DNA from: Octopus vulgaris
Taxonomy: Eukaryota
Reading direction: 5' to 3'
NCBI GenBank assembly: GCA_951406725.2
Contig: OX597814.1
Span: forward strand, 216,442,001-216,506,000
Length of the DNA stretch: 64,000 nucleotides
The translations under genes and the position numbers were made by a program. Below, in pieces: positions 26,084 to 39,257 of this stretch; positions within the stretch are counted from its first letter, which is position 1, and the number at the start of each line of letters is the position of its first letter. Under the pieces are notes generated by a model that saw only the letters and a program-made list of their open reading frames with translations, did not search any database and had not been told where the DNA came from.

Positions 26084-26887
26084 TTGCCCGGCAATGCTTG
26101 GGGCTGAATTGCTTGAAAGTACTGTTAATGATTGCACTGAATTATGATGATTATTCAGGCAAATATTGATATAAGTTTATGGTGAATGAATGTATTTGTA
26201 AGTGTATAGAAAGCCGTGTAAAGGTGTTCCTAACCCTTCGTAGAATGGTGTAAGAATTGAATGCGAGGTTGCCTTGAAAAGAGCCATGTTATTGTTCTCA
26301 TAATTGTAAGAATTTGATAGTCGTGGAAGGCGATGTAAAATGTTCGCAGGTGAATAGGGTCTCTTCGTTTTCCATGAACGGCAGCGGATGTGCTGTTACA
26401 AAACTTCATGCTGTGTTAAAAGAGAATGAATGCCCTATGTAGGCAAGAAGGGAATGAAGCATGGGTAAGTAAATATGGGTAATTTATAAAATATAGAACA
26501 ATAACATCTACTCACCATATGTCAAACCGGCAAGACTGTAGTGGTGCTGAATAGATGAATCACAACACAGTGGAGATGTTTTCATTGATGGGCGTTATGA
26601 TTAAATTTGTTGTTGTATAAAATGATCTATTGCTTAGTTTCCAAAGTGTATGTTGCGATCGTGTTGTCGCTTATGTAAACTTTAACAGTGAGAGTGTAGA
26701 TGTAGGGGGTAGATGTGTCATGTACGTTGGATATAGAAGATGAGGCTGGTGGTTTGATGATGAATGGATAGAAATAGAGGTGAGCGAAGGACAGGTGTTG
26801 GTTAAGTGTGAATTAATGTCATGAAATGCCTAAAAATGTAAATGCCATCATAAAAGAGAGTCGTATGTAAGTGAAATACTAACGTGT

Positions 26888-28335
26888 TCAAAAATGATGA
26901 AACGTAGTAATCCTATAAAGCCTTCTTGTACACAATGCTTTTTGTTTTTCGTTGTGGAACGAATGCGAGCAGGCAACATAAAGCTGACCATGAGAGAAAC
27001 ATGGCTCTCCCAAATGTATTCCTGCTACAGACAGTGTTTGACCCTGCGCTTTGTTAATTGACAAAGCGCAGGGAAATTTGATATTAATTTCCATTGTGAA
27101 ACATGGCCTTACTGGGAACTGGGACCTCTGAAATATGAAAGGTAGGTCTGCTCCTGATGGGAAAAGATGCATCCTAGGTATGAGCACAACGTTGCCTTGA
27201 CCGCACCCTGTGATAATGGTGGCCTCAATCAGATTGGGAGATAAGGACTTAACGATGAAACGTGTGCCATTGCATTGTTTTGGGGGAACCAAATTTCTAA
27301 TGAGCATTATAGGAGCACCAACTTTAAGTTTGAGAATGTGTGGTGGTAGTCCAGGGGGCTCAAAGGAATTGAGTACCTCTATTGGATAGTTGATGACATC
27401 CTCTGGGTCAGGAGTTGTATCGATAGACTTATATACATAGACATCCCCAGGAATGAGTTTTAGCATTTCATCATTAATATGGTGAACAGTTTTATTCCTC
27501 GGGGCCAGAATAGCCCTTTGGCCAATCCAATCCATATTCTGATAATTAGCTTGTAGATCTGGGAATGCTGCATCTCTGAGATCAGAAGGCGTTTTAACAA
27601 TAGTACAAATAGAATCGATGGCAATATTACCATTTTCATCCCCTGGTATTTTGCCTTCACCAAGTGCAAGGAGGGTGTGAGAAAATGCTGCTGATGTGAT
27701 ATCACGTTGCATATGAGCACGCATATTGGTGTGAAGTTTGAGAGTCTTCACCAGTGGCCACAATGTGGATGACTTAAGACACGCACTTACTGCATCAGCT
27801 GTAGTCCCTTTGGGAAGTGTTTGTCGGAAGTCCCCTGAAAGAAGAAGTGTTATGCCTCCCATGGGAGCTGAAGAGTGTTTGATGTCTCTGAGAGATCTAT
27901 GTAGTGCCTCAAGAGCATGTCTGTGGGCCATCGTGCATTCATCCCAAACGATAAGCTTGCATCGTCTGAAGACTTCTGCCTGATCGGAGCTGTTACTGAC
28001 GTTGCAAGTTGGTGTCTCAGTCTTCGCTAAATCAAGCGGGAGCTTGAAAGTGGAGTGAGCTGTCCTGCTGCCTGGCAACAAAGTAGCTGCAATTCCAGAT
28101 GATGCCACAGCTAGGGCAATGCCTTGTGTTCGCCTAATCTCAGCCAATATTAATTTGTCGACAAAAGTTTTCTTAGTGCCCCCAGGAGCATCCAGGAAAA
28201 AAATCCCCCCAGCTTTGGCCCAGACTGAATTAACAACAGAGTTGTAAGCGAACTTGTGTTCTGGAAGGAGCTTTGGCTCATTGTCGGCTATGTACTCGGC
28301 AAGCTCGTCAACATTAAAACATGTCTCACGCAGCA
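26888..28335 (-). pseudogene. Helitron PIF1-like helicase fragment
   Basis: FLDAPGGTKKTF (Walker A G>K), VASSGIAATLL, IVWDECTM, SGDFRQTLP, ILAPRN, CNGTR, SINKAQGQTL, FSHGQLYVACS. The ORF-track start (28405) lies in a SINE. Confidence 0.9.
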
Positions 28336-28344
28336 AATGTGAAG

Positions 28345-28450
28345 ACAGAGTGTTTGTGCCTACACATGCCAAGTCACCACACAGTGGGACTGAACCCAGG
28401 ACCATGTGTTTGGAACGTAGTTTGTTACCACACAGCCACGCCTGCCCCTA
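28345..28450 (-). mobile_element. tRNA-derived SINE head
   Basis: cagtgggactgaacccaggaccatgtg...ccacacagccacgcctg (rc of A/B-box head). Related copies at ~34190-34340, 38040-38195 and 51360-51515. Confidence 0.7.
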
Positions 28451-30399
28451 TGTATGTGTGTGTGTGTGCGTATGTGTGTATGGGTAGATATATTATGCAT
28501 GTATATATGTGTATATATACATGTGTACATATTACATGTACATCTATATATATACATCTACACATAAAATACAAAATACTAAGTTATATCTTGATATCGG
28601 TAGTGATAACATTACTCAAAATATATAACAGACTGGAATTGTAGGCCCGTCTCTTGCAATTTCGATCAATTGGATCTTGTCCTCCCTCTTGTATAGAAGT
28701 GTACGGCTGCAGCAAAATTCATTTTTGGACTTTCTTCTATCGAAAGCATTTTAACAAAAATGCTTCCGTAAAGACGGTGAAAATATTGTCAATTTCCCCA
28801 AACAGGGACACAATTCAATTTTTAAACAATAACCAAAGCCCCTTCTCTGAAAGGGGGAGGGTTACGGTTTACAATTATTTAACAAATGCAACACAACAGC
28901 GTTTCCCTGACGAGGAACTAACAAACGTGATTACAATAGTCAAACAGTGATAATAATAACAACAAACCTTTTTAATTTATCCCCTTTTATGTGAAACCAC
29001 TTATTCAAGTTCAAGTCATTGATGCAATTTTATACAATGCTAATACACACACACACGCATAATAAGGGTGAAAAATTGAATATTAATTTGATTAATATGA
29101 ATTGAAAACCAGTGGTGTAGCATATAAGACCATAGCGGATCTTCTTCTAGCAAAAAGGATGACCAGTATTAATGGCTCATCCCTGTTATATAAATACTTT
29201 CACTTTAATTGTTGCACACTTGCAAAGAGAAAGTAGGAGAAAGTGTGGTGGTAATGGAAGGAGTGAAGCACTTGAAATGAGAGAGGCAAATCGTAAAATA
29301 TTGAGTTTTCTCGAATTTTTACTTAATTGGGGGTCAAATTGAAAAAACTTTACATGCCATGACCCAATTGAATCTACTTGGAAAAATCATAGGTAAATTC
29401 CAATAGAAGAAATTCTATATTGTAGAATTGTATTAAAAAGAAACATGGGAACAGGCAGAGAAAATCTGCCTTTTATCATAAGAGATATATATATATATAT
29501 CATCATCATCATCGTTTTACGTCCATTTTCTGTGCTGGCATGGTTTGGATGGTTCGACTGGGGTCTGGGAAGCCAAGAACCTGCACCAGGCTCCAGTCTG
29601 ATTTGGCAGAATTTCTACAGCTGGATGCCCTTCCTATCGCCAACCACTCCGAGAGTGTAGTGGGTGCTTTTTATGTGCCACTGGCACAGGTATCACAACT
29701 ACAATTTCCATTTGATATTTTATACATACATACATATATATATATATAAAATTGAATATGGATCAACAAGAAGGGTTACAGTTTGACAGTTATTTTCTAA
29801 TCACTAAACATGTTTCCATACAACATAACTCTTCACATATACAAGTATGCATCAGTTTACCTATATAATAGAATCCAGTTGTATTTTCTCAGGTGATATT
29901 CAATTGCTGTCTCTGTTAAAAAACCTTCCACTTCAATGCTAACACATCCAACTCCCTTGTTTGAATTTAGTTGATACTGGCAGTCTCCTTCTGCTTGCTG
30001 TTAACATGCTTCTGTATGCCTGCCATGAGTAATATCGGATGTATTGGGTGTCTATGTTGCTACTGTCTGATTTTCAATCTCTTCCTCTTGTTAGGGGCTG
30101 TACATGTGGAATTTTATTATCTGCCCTTCAGTATTCAGTGGTCCAGAAATATACAAAGCCTCCCCCACATATATTCATATATAGATACCCATATATACAC
30201 ACATATACACTCACAGATACCTTCATGCATACACAATCACTTACGTATATATTCATACATATACATCTCTAGGCAGTCCATACACACACACACACATACA
30301 TTCATTTACATATATGTATGTACATAGATATATTTTTAGCCACTCCAATATATATATATATACACATGAGAAGATAAAGCTGGTAGGGATGGGGTTGGA

Positions 30400-31410
30400 T
30401 CAGGTAATGAAAGTCACAGCCCAACTAATTAGGGAGAGAGTTGTTTAGAGAAGATGCAGTTTGGGTTTGTGCCAGGGAGAAGCACCACTGATGCTATATT
30501 TCTGGTAAGACAGCTGCAGGAGAAATACCTAGCCAAAGCTAAACCTCTGTGGCGTTTGCTGACATGTAGAAAGCCTTTGACAGGGTCCCCCAATCCCTTA
30601 TCTGGTGGTCAATGAGGAAACTAGGGATAGATGAGGAGTTGTTGAGAGCCATACAAGCCCTGTACAGGGATGCTGTCAGTAAAGTGAGGGTTGGCAACAA
30701 GCGAAGAATTCAGGATAGAAGCAAGGATTCACCAAGTCCTCAGCTCTCTCTTATTCATCATAGTCTTCTGGGCAATGACAGGCTGCACCCAGGAGCTCCT
30801 CCTATGCTGATGACCTTGTTCTAATAGCTGAGTCAATATCTGAACTAGAGAAAAAGTTTCAGATGTGAAAGCAAGGTCTTAAAATGAAAGGCCTTAGAGT
30901 CAACCTAGCAAAAACCAAAGTAAGTAGGAAGGTAGACATATCACAAATCCCTTCAGGTAGATGACCCTGCTCAATCTGTAGAAAAGGCATAGGTAGAAAC
31001 TCCATAAGATGTACCGAGTGTAAGCTATGGACATATAAGAGGTGCAGCAATATCAAGGGAAGATAGTTTTTGTGTGTGGAAGATGCACAAGTGCAATAAA
31101 CACTGAAGATGTACAGAAAACAAATTCTGTCACATGCCAGGATGAAAAACTAGAAGTAGTTATAGCTTCCATTACAAATCAGTGGTTGGGGTGAATGCTC
31201 TAAGAGTGTAGCGGTTAAAATAAGAATAGCCTGGCTAACAAAGGTCCTCTCACTCAGGGTGAAAGGTAGACTGAATAATGCCTGTGTTTGAACAGCCATG
31301 TGACATGGCAGTGAAACATGGCTCGTGACTGCTGAAGACATGCATAACCTTGCAAGAAAGGAAGCTAGTATGATCCGCAGGATGTGTAATGTCAGTGTGC
31401 ATAGAAGAAA
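30400..31410 (+). mobile_element. RTE LINE RT fragment
   Basis: MQFGFVPGRSTTDAIFLVRQLQEKY, MRKLGIDE, degenerate YADD, HGSETW. Confidence 0.88.
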
Positions 31411-31866
31411 GAATTGTTTGGAAAATGTGTATTTAGGTGAAGTTTGTCATACTAAATGGCATCATTTGGTGGCATTTGTGTGGCTGTTTTATTGAAAAAC
31501 ATCTTTTTAAAGATTTTAAAGCTGAGAGGTATGACTTTCAGATTTCATGGACATATGTTAGAACTCTGGTTTCTGTGAGTGAAATTAGCATTGTTCAATC
31601 AGGAATGCCATAACTTCTTTGCAGATATTCTCAAGACAAAACGATTTTAGCAAGTGTATTTGTCTATTTTAAAAATAACTGGGTGAACTTTTGAAAAACT
31701 TTGACTGTTACTTCTCGCATACCTGGACTGTTTGAAGGCTATATGTATTTCAGGTTTACATCAGGCATGTAAAGTGGATGTTTATGATGTGGATAGCATT
31801 AAATTGTTACATGGATGGTGAGTAACTTGTATTTGTCTAGCATTAAATCTTGGTTTTATTTTGCAG

Positions 31867-32064
31867 GAATATCTGCCTCGAGTATGGAAGGAGAAGATGA
31901 GGGCAGAACGATATTGGTGTCAGGAATCCCAACTGATTTCCGTTTGGAAGCCATTCAGTCTTATTTTGAGAACAAGAGTAGATCAAGTGGAGGACCTATT
32001 AAAGGAAAGCCAGAACGGATCCAAGATTCTGAGGAAGTTATTATCACTTTTGAATCGGAAAAAG
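31867..32064 (+). CDS. PARP14-like exon 3 (RRM-like repeat)
   Basis: ttttgcAG/GTtaga, phase 1-1, 198 nt: GISASSMEGEDEGRTILVSGIPTDFRLEAIQSYFENKSRSSGGPIKG...VIITFESEK. Confidence 0.88.
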
Positions 32065-32738
32065 GTTAGAAGAAATATTCTTTATTTCATGAAATCATTT
32101 ACAGACATCATCATTGTCATCATTTAATATCTGTTGTCCATGCTTGCATAGGTTGGACAATTTGCACGTAATTACTGTGAACACATTAGATTAATATAAA
32201 GCAATGTTAAAAATCATCATCATCGTCATTTAACATTCATTTTCCATATTTGCTTGCATTGAATAGTTTGACAGGATCTGGTGAGCAGCATTGACCTCTA
32301 GGGTCAGCTTTGACATGGTTTCTATTGCTCGGTGCCCTTCCTAATGCCAACCACTTTACAGAGTGGACTGGGGGCAATTTTCCTGCCATCATTACGATTG
32401 AGGTTGCCAAGTAATGTCCAAGACAGGAAAAAAAAAAAAGGAAAAACACTCCTTCTACTAAATGGAGTGAGGAACCGAAAGGGTTATGTAGGGGTTATGC
32501 TAGGTATTGAAAGGCTAAAGTGCGATCAAGGAGGTACAATAGAGAAACTGTAGAGCAGTGTTCTATTCCAAGTTGTCACACCATTCTGTATCCGCTCATT
32601 AAAATTCTTTAGTCATCAACAATCTGGCAGTCATGGGTAGGCTTTTATAATGAAGAGGTCTCAAAACTGAAACATGCTTGGAGTTGTCTCTCTGCTGCTA
32701 AATTCATTCCTTCACCTTAACCTGAAGGAATATCAAAT

Positions 32739-32802
<64 letters not shown>

Positions 32803-33632
32803 CTGATCACGTGACCGACCAGGCTATCAGATGCTGCTACAAATCGCTGGTTACAATGCGCTTCGCATTGTTTTAGCCTTCAAATGACGCCACCCCGCTG
32901 GCTAAGTGAGCAGGCCAATATATATAAATATATATATATATAAATATTTTTTTTTATTTATAAAAATTTAAATTTCAAGGTTATGTTCCTCTCGTCTCTT
33001 GACATGAGTCTGTCACGAAGATAATGAGTCTCTCTTTTCATTAAGGGACTAATTTTAATTGAAATTTTGCAGTGCACTTCATTAAGTGTTTTAACATATT
33101 CTGATATTCAAATATTCTACTCTTTATTTGGAAAATAGGTTTACATATTGGTCTGCTCAGGATAAAGCTTTTTATTGGCAATTGTCTTTGTGAATGACTA
33201 CTGTTTCCTCTAAGTACTGTATGTGCGTATACACATAAGTGTGTATATGTTTATCTGATCACACACACACACATCCTATGATGGCCACAGTTTCTCTCTT
33301 CCAAATATCAGTCACAAGGCTCTGGTCATCTTGAGGCTGTGGTAGAAGATACTTGCTCAAGGTGCTGTTGAACTAGAGCCAGTTAATTGTACAGGGAACC
33401 TCATAATCCTCTCAGCTATCGAACAAAGGGGCCTCTAAGTGATGACTTGATCTGCTAGAAAAGGCAGTTAAATCTTCTTCATGTACCACCTAACATCATA
33501 AACAAGGAAGGACACTTGGACATGTTTATGGCCAGAAAGTGTCTGACCTGGTTCTACACCAACACAACCATGCCCTCCACTCATTAATAATGACATTATA
33601 TTCTCAATTTCTTCTGCTATTTTGATTTTCAG

Positions 33633-33869
33633 ATGCAGAAAATGTTGTCCAAAGGAAGGTCCATAATGTAAGCAAACATAAACTTCATGTGGACTGGTAT
33701 AAAAATCTAGTCTGGCAAGAAGATGCAATGGTTGTGTCAAATGGCCCCAAAGACATGTCGGAAAAAATGTTAATTGATTTTTTGGAAAAGACAGGAAAAT
33801 TAGATATTGTATATGTTTCCCCTGGAAGAAAAGCTGGAACTTTTCTTGTGTATTGCCAAAATGAAATTG
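33633..33869 (+). CDS. PARP14-like exon 4
   Basis: ttttcAG/GTAAGT, phase 1-1, 237 nt: DAENVVQRKVHNVSKHKLHVDWY...GTFLVYCQNEI. Confidence 0.85.
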
Positions 33870-35018
33870 GTAAGTTTCTTCAAGTTTAATTTGTTTTGAA
33901 AAAGATTTCTTGAATTTTGTTTTGTTAATAGGATTGGTATATCTTTTGTGTTTTAATTGTTTTAGTCTAATGACTCAGGCCATGCTGGGGCACCACCTTG
34001 AAGATCTTTTTTAGTTAAATGAATCGACCCTAGTGGTTCTTACTTTTTAAAACCTAGATACTTATTTTATCACTCCATTTTGCAGATCTGTTAAGTTACA
34101 GGAACATAAACACATTGACACCAGTCATCAAGCAGTGGCGGGTAACAAATAGACACAAAGACACACACACACACACATACTGGGCTTCTTTCAGTTTCCA
34201 TCTACCAAATTCACTCACAATGCCTTGGTTGAACTGAGGCTACAGTAGAAGATTCTCACCCAAGGTGCCATGCAGTGGGACTGAACCCAGAACCATGTGG
34301 TTGGGAAGCAAACTTCTTAGCACACAGCCCTGTCTGCACCTATTTATATCTTTTATTTCTTCCCAGATTTTGCTTTTTGGTTTCTCACATTTATCAGGAA
34401 AAGGAAGAAATTTGTCAGGAATGACGGTTATCAGGCAGGAAATCAGAAATATTAGAGATGATGTTTTATCAGTGAAACTGATTCCAGTATTTGACCATTC
34501 CTTCAGTTTCTAAACATTGGAAAGAGGGAAAGTAAATGGAATATTTTACCATCTTTGTTTGATTGATAGAGGGAACTTGTTACAAATGTAATTTCTATCT
34601 AAAACGAAATGGAAAGAAAACTGAGTCTTTACCTTGTAAATGCATATTGCAGAATAATAAAACAAATATATAGTTTAATTACAAAACAAAATATATTTTG
34701 TGAGTCTTGGGAGGGTCATTGTGCCAATGATAAACACATGCACAGGTCTGCCTGTCTTTTACTTTTAATTATAGTTTCAATATAAAACGAATATGTTGAG
34801 TAATGATACTCTCATAATATTGAACACATCAAACTAAAATTTTCAAATCAATAAAATTCTTCAAAGGACTTTCCACACAGGATTATATATTCGGTTGATG
34901 TGATTTTTTCTTTTGTCTGTTGTTTCACCTCTCCATTTTATTTACCATTTCTCACTACAGACTCTGAAACATTTCTTCTTTCTTCTAGCACTTTCATCTT
35001 TATAATTCAGAGCATTCC

Positions 35019-35733
35019 TTAACTCTTTAGCATTCAGATTAATCTGTCAAGCTTTCTGCTTATTTATTCACATCATTTCGTATTAATCATGCATTATCTC
35101 ATAGCTTTGAAATTTTGACGAGGTAATTGTTAATTTTTAGAATGATATTGTATGGTTGGTGTAAGAGGCCAGATATCATCATCATCATCATCATCATTGT
35201 TTAAAGTCCGCTTTCCATGCTGGTATGGGTTGGACGATTTTGACTGAAGGCTGGCAAACCAGATGGCTGCACCAGGCTCCAATCTTGATCTGGCAGAGTT
35301 TCTACAGCTGGATGCCCTTCCTAATGCCAGCCACTCCGATAGTGTAGTGGGTGCTTTTACGTGCCACCGGCACAGGGGCCAGTTAGGCAGTACTGGCAAC
35401 CTCGCACAAATTTTTTTATACATGCCACCGGCACAGGTGCCAGTAAGGTCACGTTGGTAACGATCACGCTCGAATGGTGCCCTTTGACGTGCCACCAGCA
35501 CAGAAGCCAGTTGGCTGCTCTGGCAACGATCACACTCGGATGGTGCTCTTGGCACCCTACTAGCACGGGCGCAAGTGCCAGTAAGGTGAAGCTGGTAACG
35601 ATCACACTCGAATGGTGCCTTTTATGTGCCACTGTCATGGAAGCCGGTTAGCCGCTCTGTCAATGATCACGCTCATATGGTGCTCTTTGCACCCTGCTAG
35701 TAGATATGGCCTGTTTAAATTTTCAGGGGTTAA
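35019..35733. mobile_element. TTAA-type MITE split by an RTE 3'-end insertion
   Basis: ttaactctttagcatt...ggggttaa termini. The RTE tail (35177-35701) is flanked by agatat (35171-35176, 35702-35707). Confidence 0.7.
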
Positions 35734-36221
35734 ACATTCTGCATTCTCATTTCTTTGCATTTCTTAACATCTTCTGGAGTCTTTATATTCTTCATCCTTA
35801 CCCTGACTCATCTCAGTTCTCTGCACACCTTCTTTCTACCTGTGTTTCTATGCTGCTGTGTGTGCATGTGTGTGTTGTCCATTGCCTTACACCCTGTTGA
35901 TGCTGTTAAAGTATTGTTTTGAACTGATGAACAGGGAGATGAGGCAAGGATTGCAGAGGACCAGTGTTCAAAGGAGAAAGAATCTGGTATAATTGAGGGG
36001 ATGGAGGTGACATGAGATGGAACAATGAGTGGATCAAAGAGCCTGAATGGCAATGGTATAAAATCAACCAGAGAGACGAAACAGGGGCCCTCATAGCAGT
36101 GATAGAAAAGACAGTAGAATAGATCCTGGAGTTTATTTAGAGAGACAAGAGTTTAGTTACTTTATTTGCCATTTGCTTTCGAAGCTCCCTTTGCTAGTTT
36201 TGGCTTGCTGCTGCTGCTGCT

Positions 36222-36252
<31 letters not shown>

Positions 36253-38358
36253 ATGATGATGATGATAATGATGGCGATGATGACGACGATGATAACAATG
36301 ATGATGATGATGATATTGTTAAAATAGACATTTTGTTGTGATGATGTAGAAGAATGACAAACAGGTAAAACATCAAAATTTGTTGTTTTTTTTAAATGGC
36401 TCAGTGAAGAAGAAGAGAGGGCAATTGGTCGATATATTGTGAGGTAAAAGGGTCAACAGCCTTGACCTTTTGAGGGTCAAACTCCTTCATTGATGAGATT
36501 AATCTGGTTGTATTAGTCAAGGGTCTGCAGGAAAAAAAGCAAATTTTGGAGAATTGCCAATCGTTGATGTTTGGATACAGTGGTCATTAGAAAGAGGGGT
36601 CAGTATGGGGTGGTGGTGGTGGTGGTGAGGAGATACTTTGTAAGGTTTATGAGAAGAGAGGAGACAGCTGTGTTTGTGTTGAGTATACCTGGTGCTAATA
36701 TAAGTCATTAATTAAGAACTATAGTGATTGTTGTTGTGATGATGGGATGAGCGGGGAGAACATGTTAGCATGCTGGACAAAATGCTTAGCAGCATTTCAT
36801 CTGTCTTCATGCTCTGTATTCAAATTCTGAAGAGAATAACTTTGCCTTTCATCCTTTCAGGGTTCAAGAAATAAGTACTGGTGGAATACTAGGGTCGATG
36901 CAATCAACTAACCCTTCCCTCCAAATTGCTGGCCTTGTGTCACAATTTGAAAGCAAGAGACATTTGGGGATGTGCTGTGCTTGAGAGGATCCGTCAAGCC
37001 AAGTGCACCACAGCTGGTGGCACATAAAGAGCATCTTTTGAATGTTGGGCCTCACGGAGGCAAAGTGGCTGAGTTCTTTTCGAGTGTTGGGCCTCACAGA
37101 GGCAATGACCAAGATTTTTGGTATTATGTCATGTTTTGGAAGATCCATCAAGGCATGTAAAGGGACCAATTACACTCTCGGAGTGGTTGGCATTAGGAAG
37201 GGCATTCAGCCAAAGAAAACCATGTCAAATCAGACTGGAGTCTGATGCAGCCTTCCAGCATGCCAGCCCAGTCAAACCGTCCAACCCATGCCAGCATGGA
37301 CAACAGAACTTAAATATCCAATGATGATCTATCTTTAGAAATGGTTGGGTAGTTATATGTATTTTTAGTGAAATAGTTTGTTTTTGTTTGTTTTTTTTTT
37401 GTCTAAATAACTTCATCTCTAACTTGTCTCTGATATTGTCATGTCTTTAACCAAAGTACAATATTCTAGAATACAAAAATGAGCCCAGACGAGAAATGTT
37501 GAAATTCCCATCTCTACCTTAAAATACACACTTTTAATGATCTGAAGACCTTTACACAGTTGCTCAGGCTGATAGAAATAGCAGGAAAGTATCCCTCCCA
37601 TTACATTCTGCCTTCTTCAAAACAGAAGCTACCATTCTAGATATTGGAATGGTCGTGGTTGGATTGTCTTTCATCATAAATCTGCTCAATCAAATTTTGT
37701 TTCTTATGTTTTACACTTAACTTCTCCCTAAATAGAAATACCTTTTACATTTAAGGATGAGTAAACATTAACTAAAGGACCCATGATCATCATCATCACT
37801 GTTTTAACGTCCGCTTTTCCATGCTTGCATGGGTTGGACAAAATTTGATGATGAGTTGGATTTTCTGCAGCTGGATGCCCTTCATGTTGCCAACCTTCAC
37901 CTATTTCCAAGTAAGGTAATGTTTCCCAGTGACCAGACATGTTTTAAGGAAGATTGGAAATGAAGGACACTGCTTGTATGACAGGGACACTCGTTTACAA
38001 CAAGCAAGGAGACAGTAACATACAGACAGACAAATGGCTTCTTTCAGTCTTCGTCTACCAAATCCACTCATAAGGCTTTGGTCAACCCAAGGCTATAGTA
38101 GAATACATTTTTTCCAAGTGTTACACAGTGGGACTGAACCCAAAACCATATGGCTGGGAAGCAACCATCTTACCATACAGCCACACCTGTGCCTATATGG
38201 AGTTGTTAAATAATTGGAACTGCATTTTAATGGTAAAATCTCCAAATTTGCAGAATTCTCAAAATCATTTCAATCTAGAATGTGTTAAAACATCAGTAAA
38301 TTGACTTCAATTTGATTCTTTTACCAAAATGTATTTCCATTCCTTGTATTTATTGCAG

Positions 38359-38590
38359 ATTTTGAGTATGTTCAGAGGATGTGCCAAAAAAAACCCTTAA
38401 AAGGAAATCAACTGAAAGTGGATAGAATTAAGGAAATAAACAGTGTTCAAGTGAAAAACGTTTCTTCAAATGTCAGCTCTGACAGTCTTCAAAGATATTT
38501 TGGAAACAGAAAAAAGTTCTGGTGGAGATATTTCTTCAGTTCAACAACAAACCTCTGATACTTACATTATAAGTTTTAAAGAGGCATGTG
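38359..38590 (+). CDS. PARP14-like exon 5 (RRM-like repeat; +1 frameshift as assembled)
   Basis: ttgcAG/GTAAGT, 232 nt: DFEYVQRMCQKKPLKGNQLKV...DSLQRYFGNRK. Removing one base near the A6 run (38510-38515) restores SSGGDISSVQ...YIISFKEAC. Confidence 0.82.
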
Positions 38591-38699
38591 GTAAGTAATT
38601 TTTTTCTCCTCTCTTTGTCTAGTCTACCTATCAGAGTCAGTTATTAGCATTCTTTTAATTCAGGTTTTGTTGGAACTCCTGGAGGCTTGCTATCCACAG

Positions 38700-39240
38700 C
38701 CTACGGTACCATGCTATGTGTTCTGTTCAGCCATGTAATATTTTCTTGATGATAATGGCTGTGACAAGGAGGCAGACTTTTGGTAACAGCTCTACTCGGC
38801 GCTCTGTCCTCATTTCCTCTTAATATCTTCTGATACTGTCCCCAGGGCCCCAATAATAATTAGTATTATCTCCATCTTTCACAGTCAAGCACATTTAAGA
38901 GAATTGTCTACTTGTTCACCAAACTAATTGTGGGTCAAAGGCGTATGCAACATCAGTTATAGAGCACTTGTGGTTCACCTTGTCCACAACGACTAGACCT
39001 GGCTTGTTGTACTCAAGCACTTGGCCCTTTCTGCATTCAAAAATCCCACAATATTTTACAGGTCTCTGACTGTGATTCTCTGTGGTTTCTGTTTGTACCA
39101 TGTTTTGCTTCTCTCTAACCCCAACTTTCCTTATACTTTCCAATGCAGCACTTTTGCAACCTCATCATGTCACCACAACTCATATTGGTTTGGGGCAAGT
39201 TGAGAGCATTCATTCACAGTAAGGGCAATGGCTTCATCAA
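38700..39240 (-). mobile_element. R4/Dong-like LINE C-terminal (RLE nuclease) fragment
   Basis: HDEVAKVLHWK, KILWDF, NKPGLVVVDK..KCSITDVAYAFD, IIIGALG remnants on the minus strand. Confidence 0.7.
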
Positions 39241-39257
39241 ATTATTATTATTGTTAT

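Larger units (their letters stand above)
26080..29485 (-). mobile_element. Helitron, internally deleted (helicase only, no Rep domain)
   Basis: PIF1-like helicase ORF. Putative 5' TC end (rc of ...ttttatcataagaga, 29485) and GC-rich 3' hairpin gcccggcaatgcttggggc near 26085-26103. The terminal CTAG is not visible. Confidence 0.7.

Noticed and set aside
28900-28930. ctgacgag as a hammerhead core
   Set aside because: No properly placed GAAA or stems.
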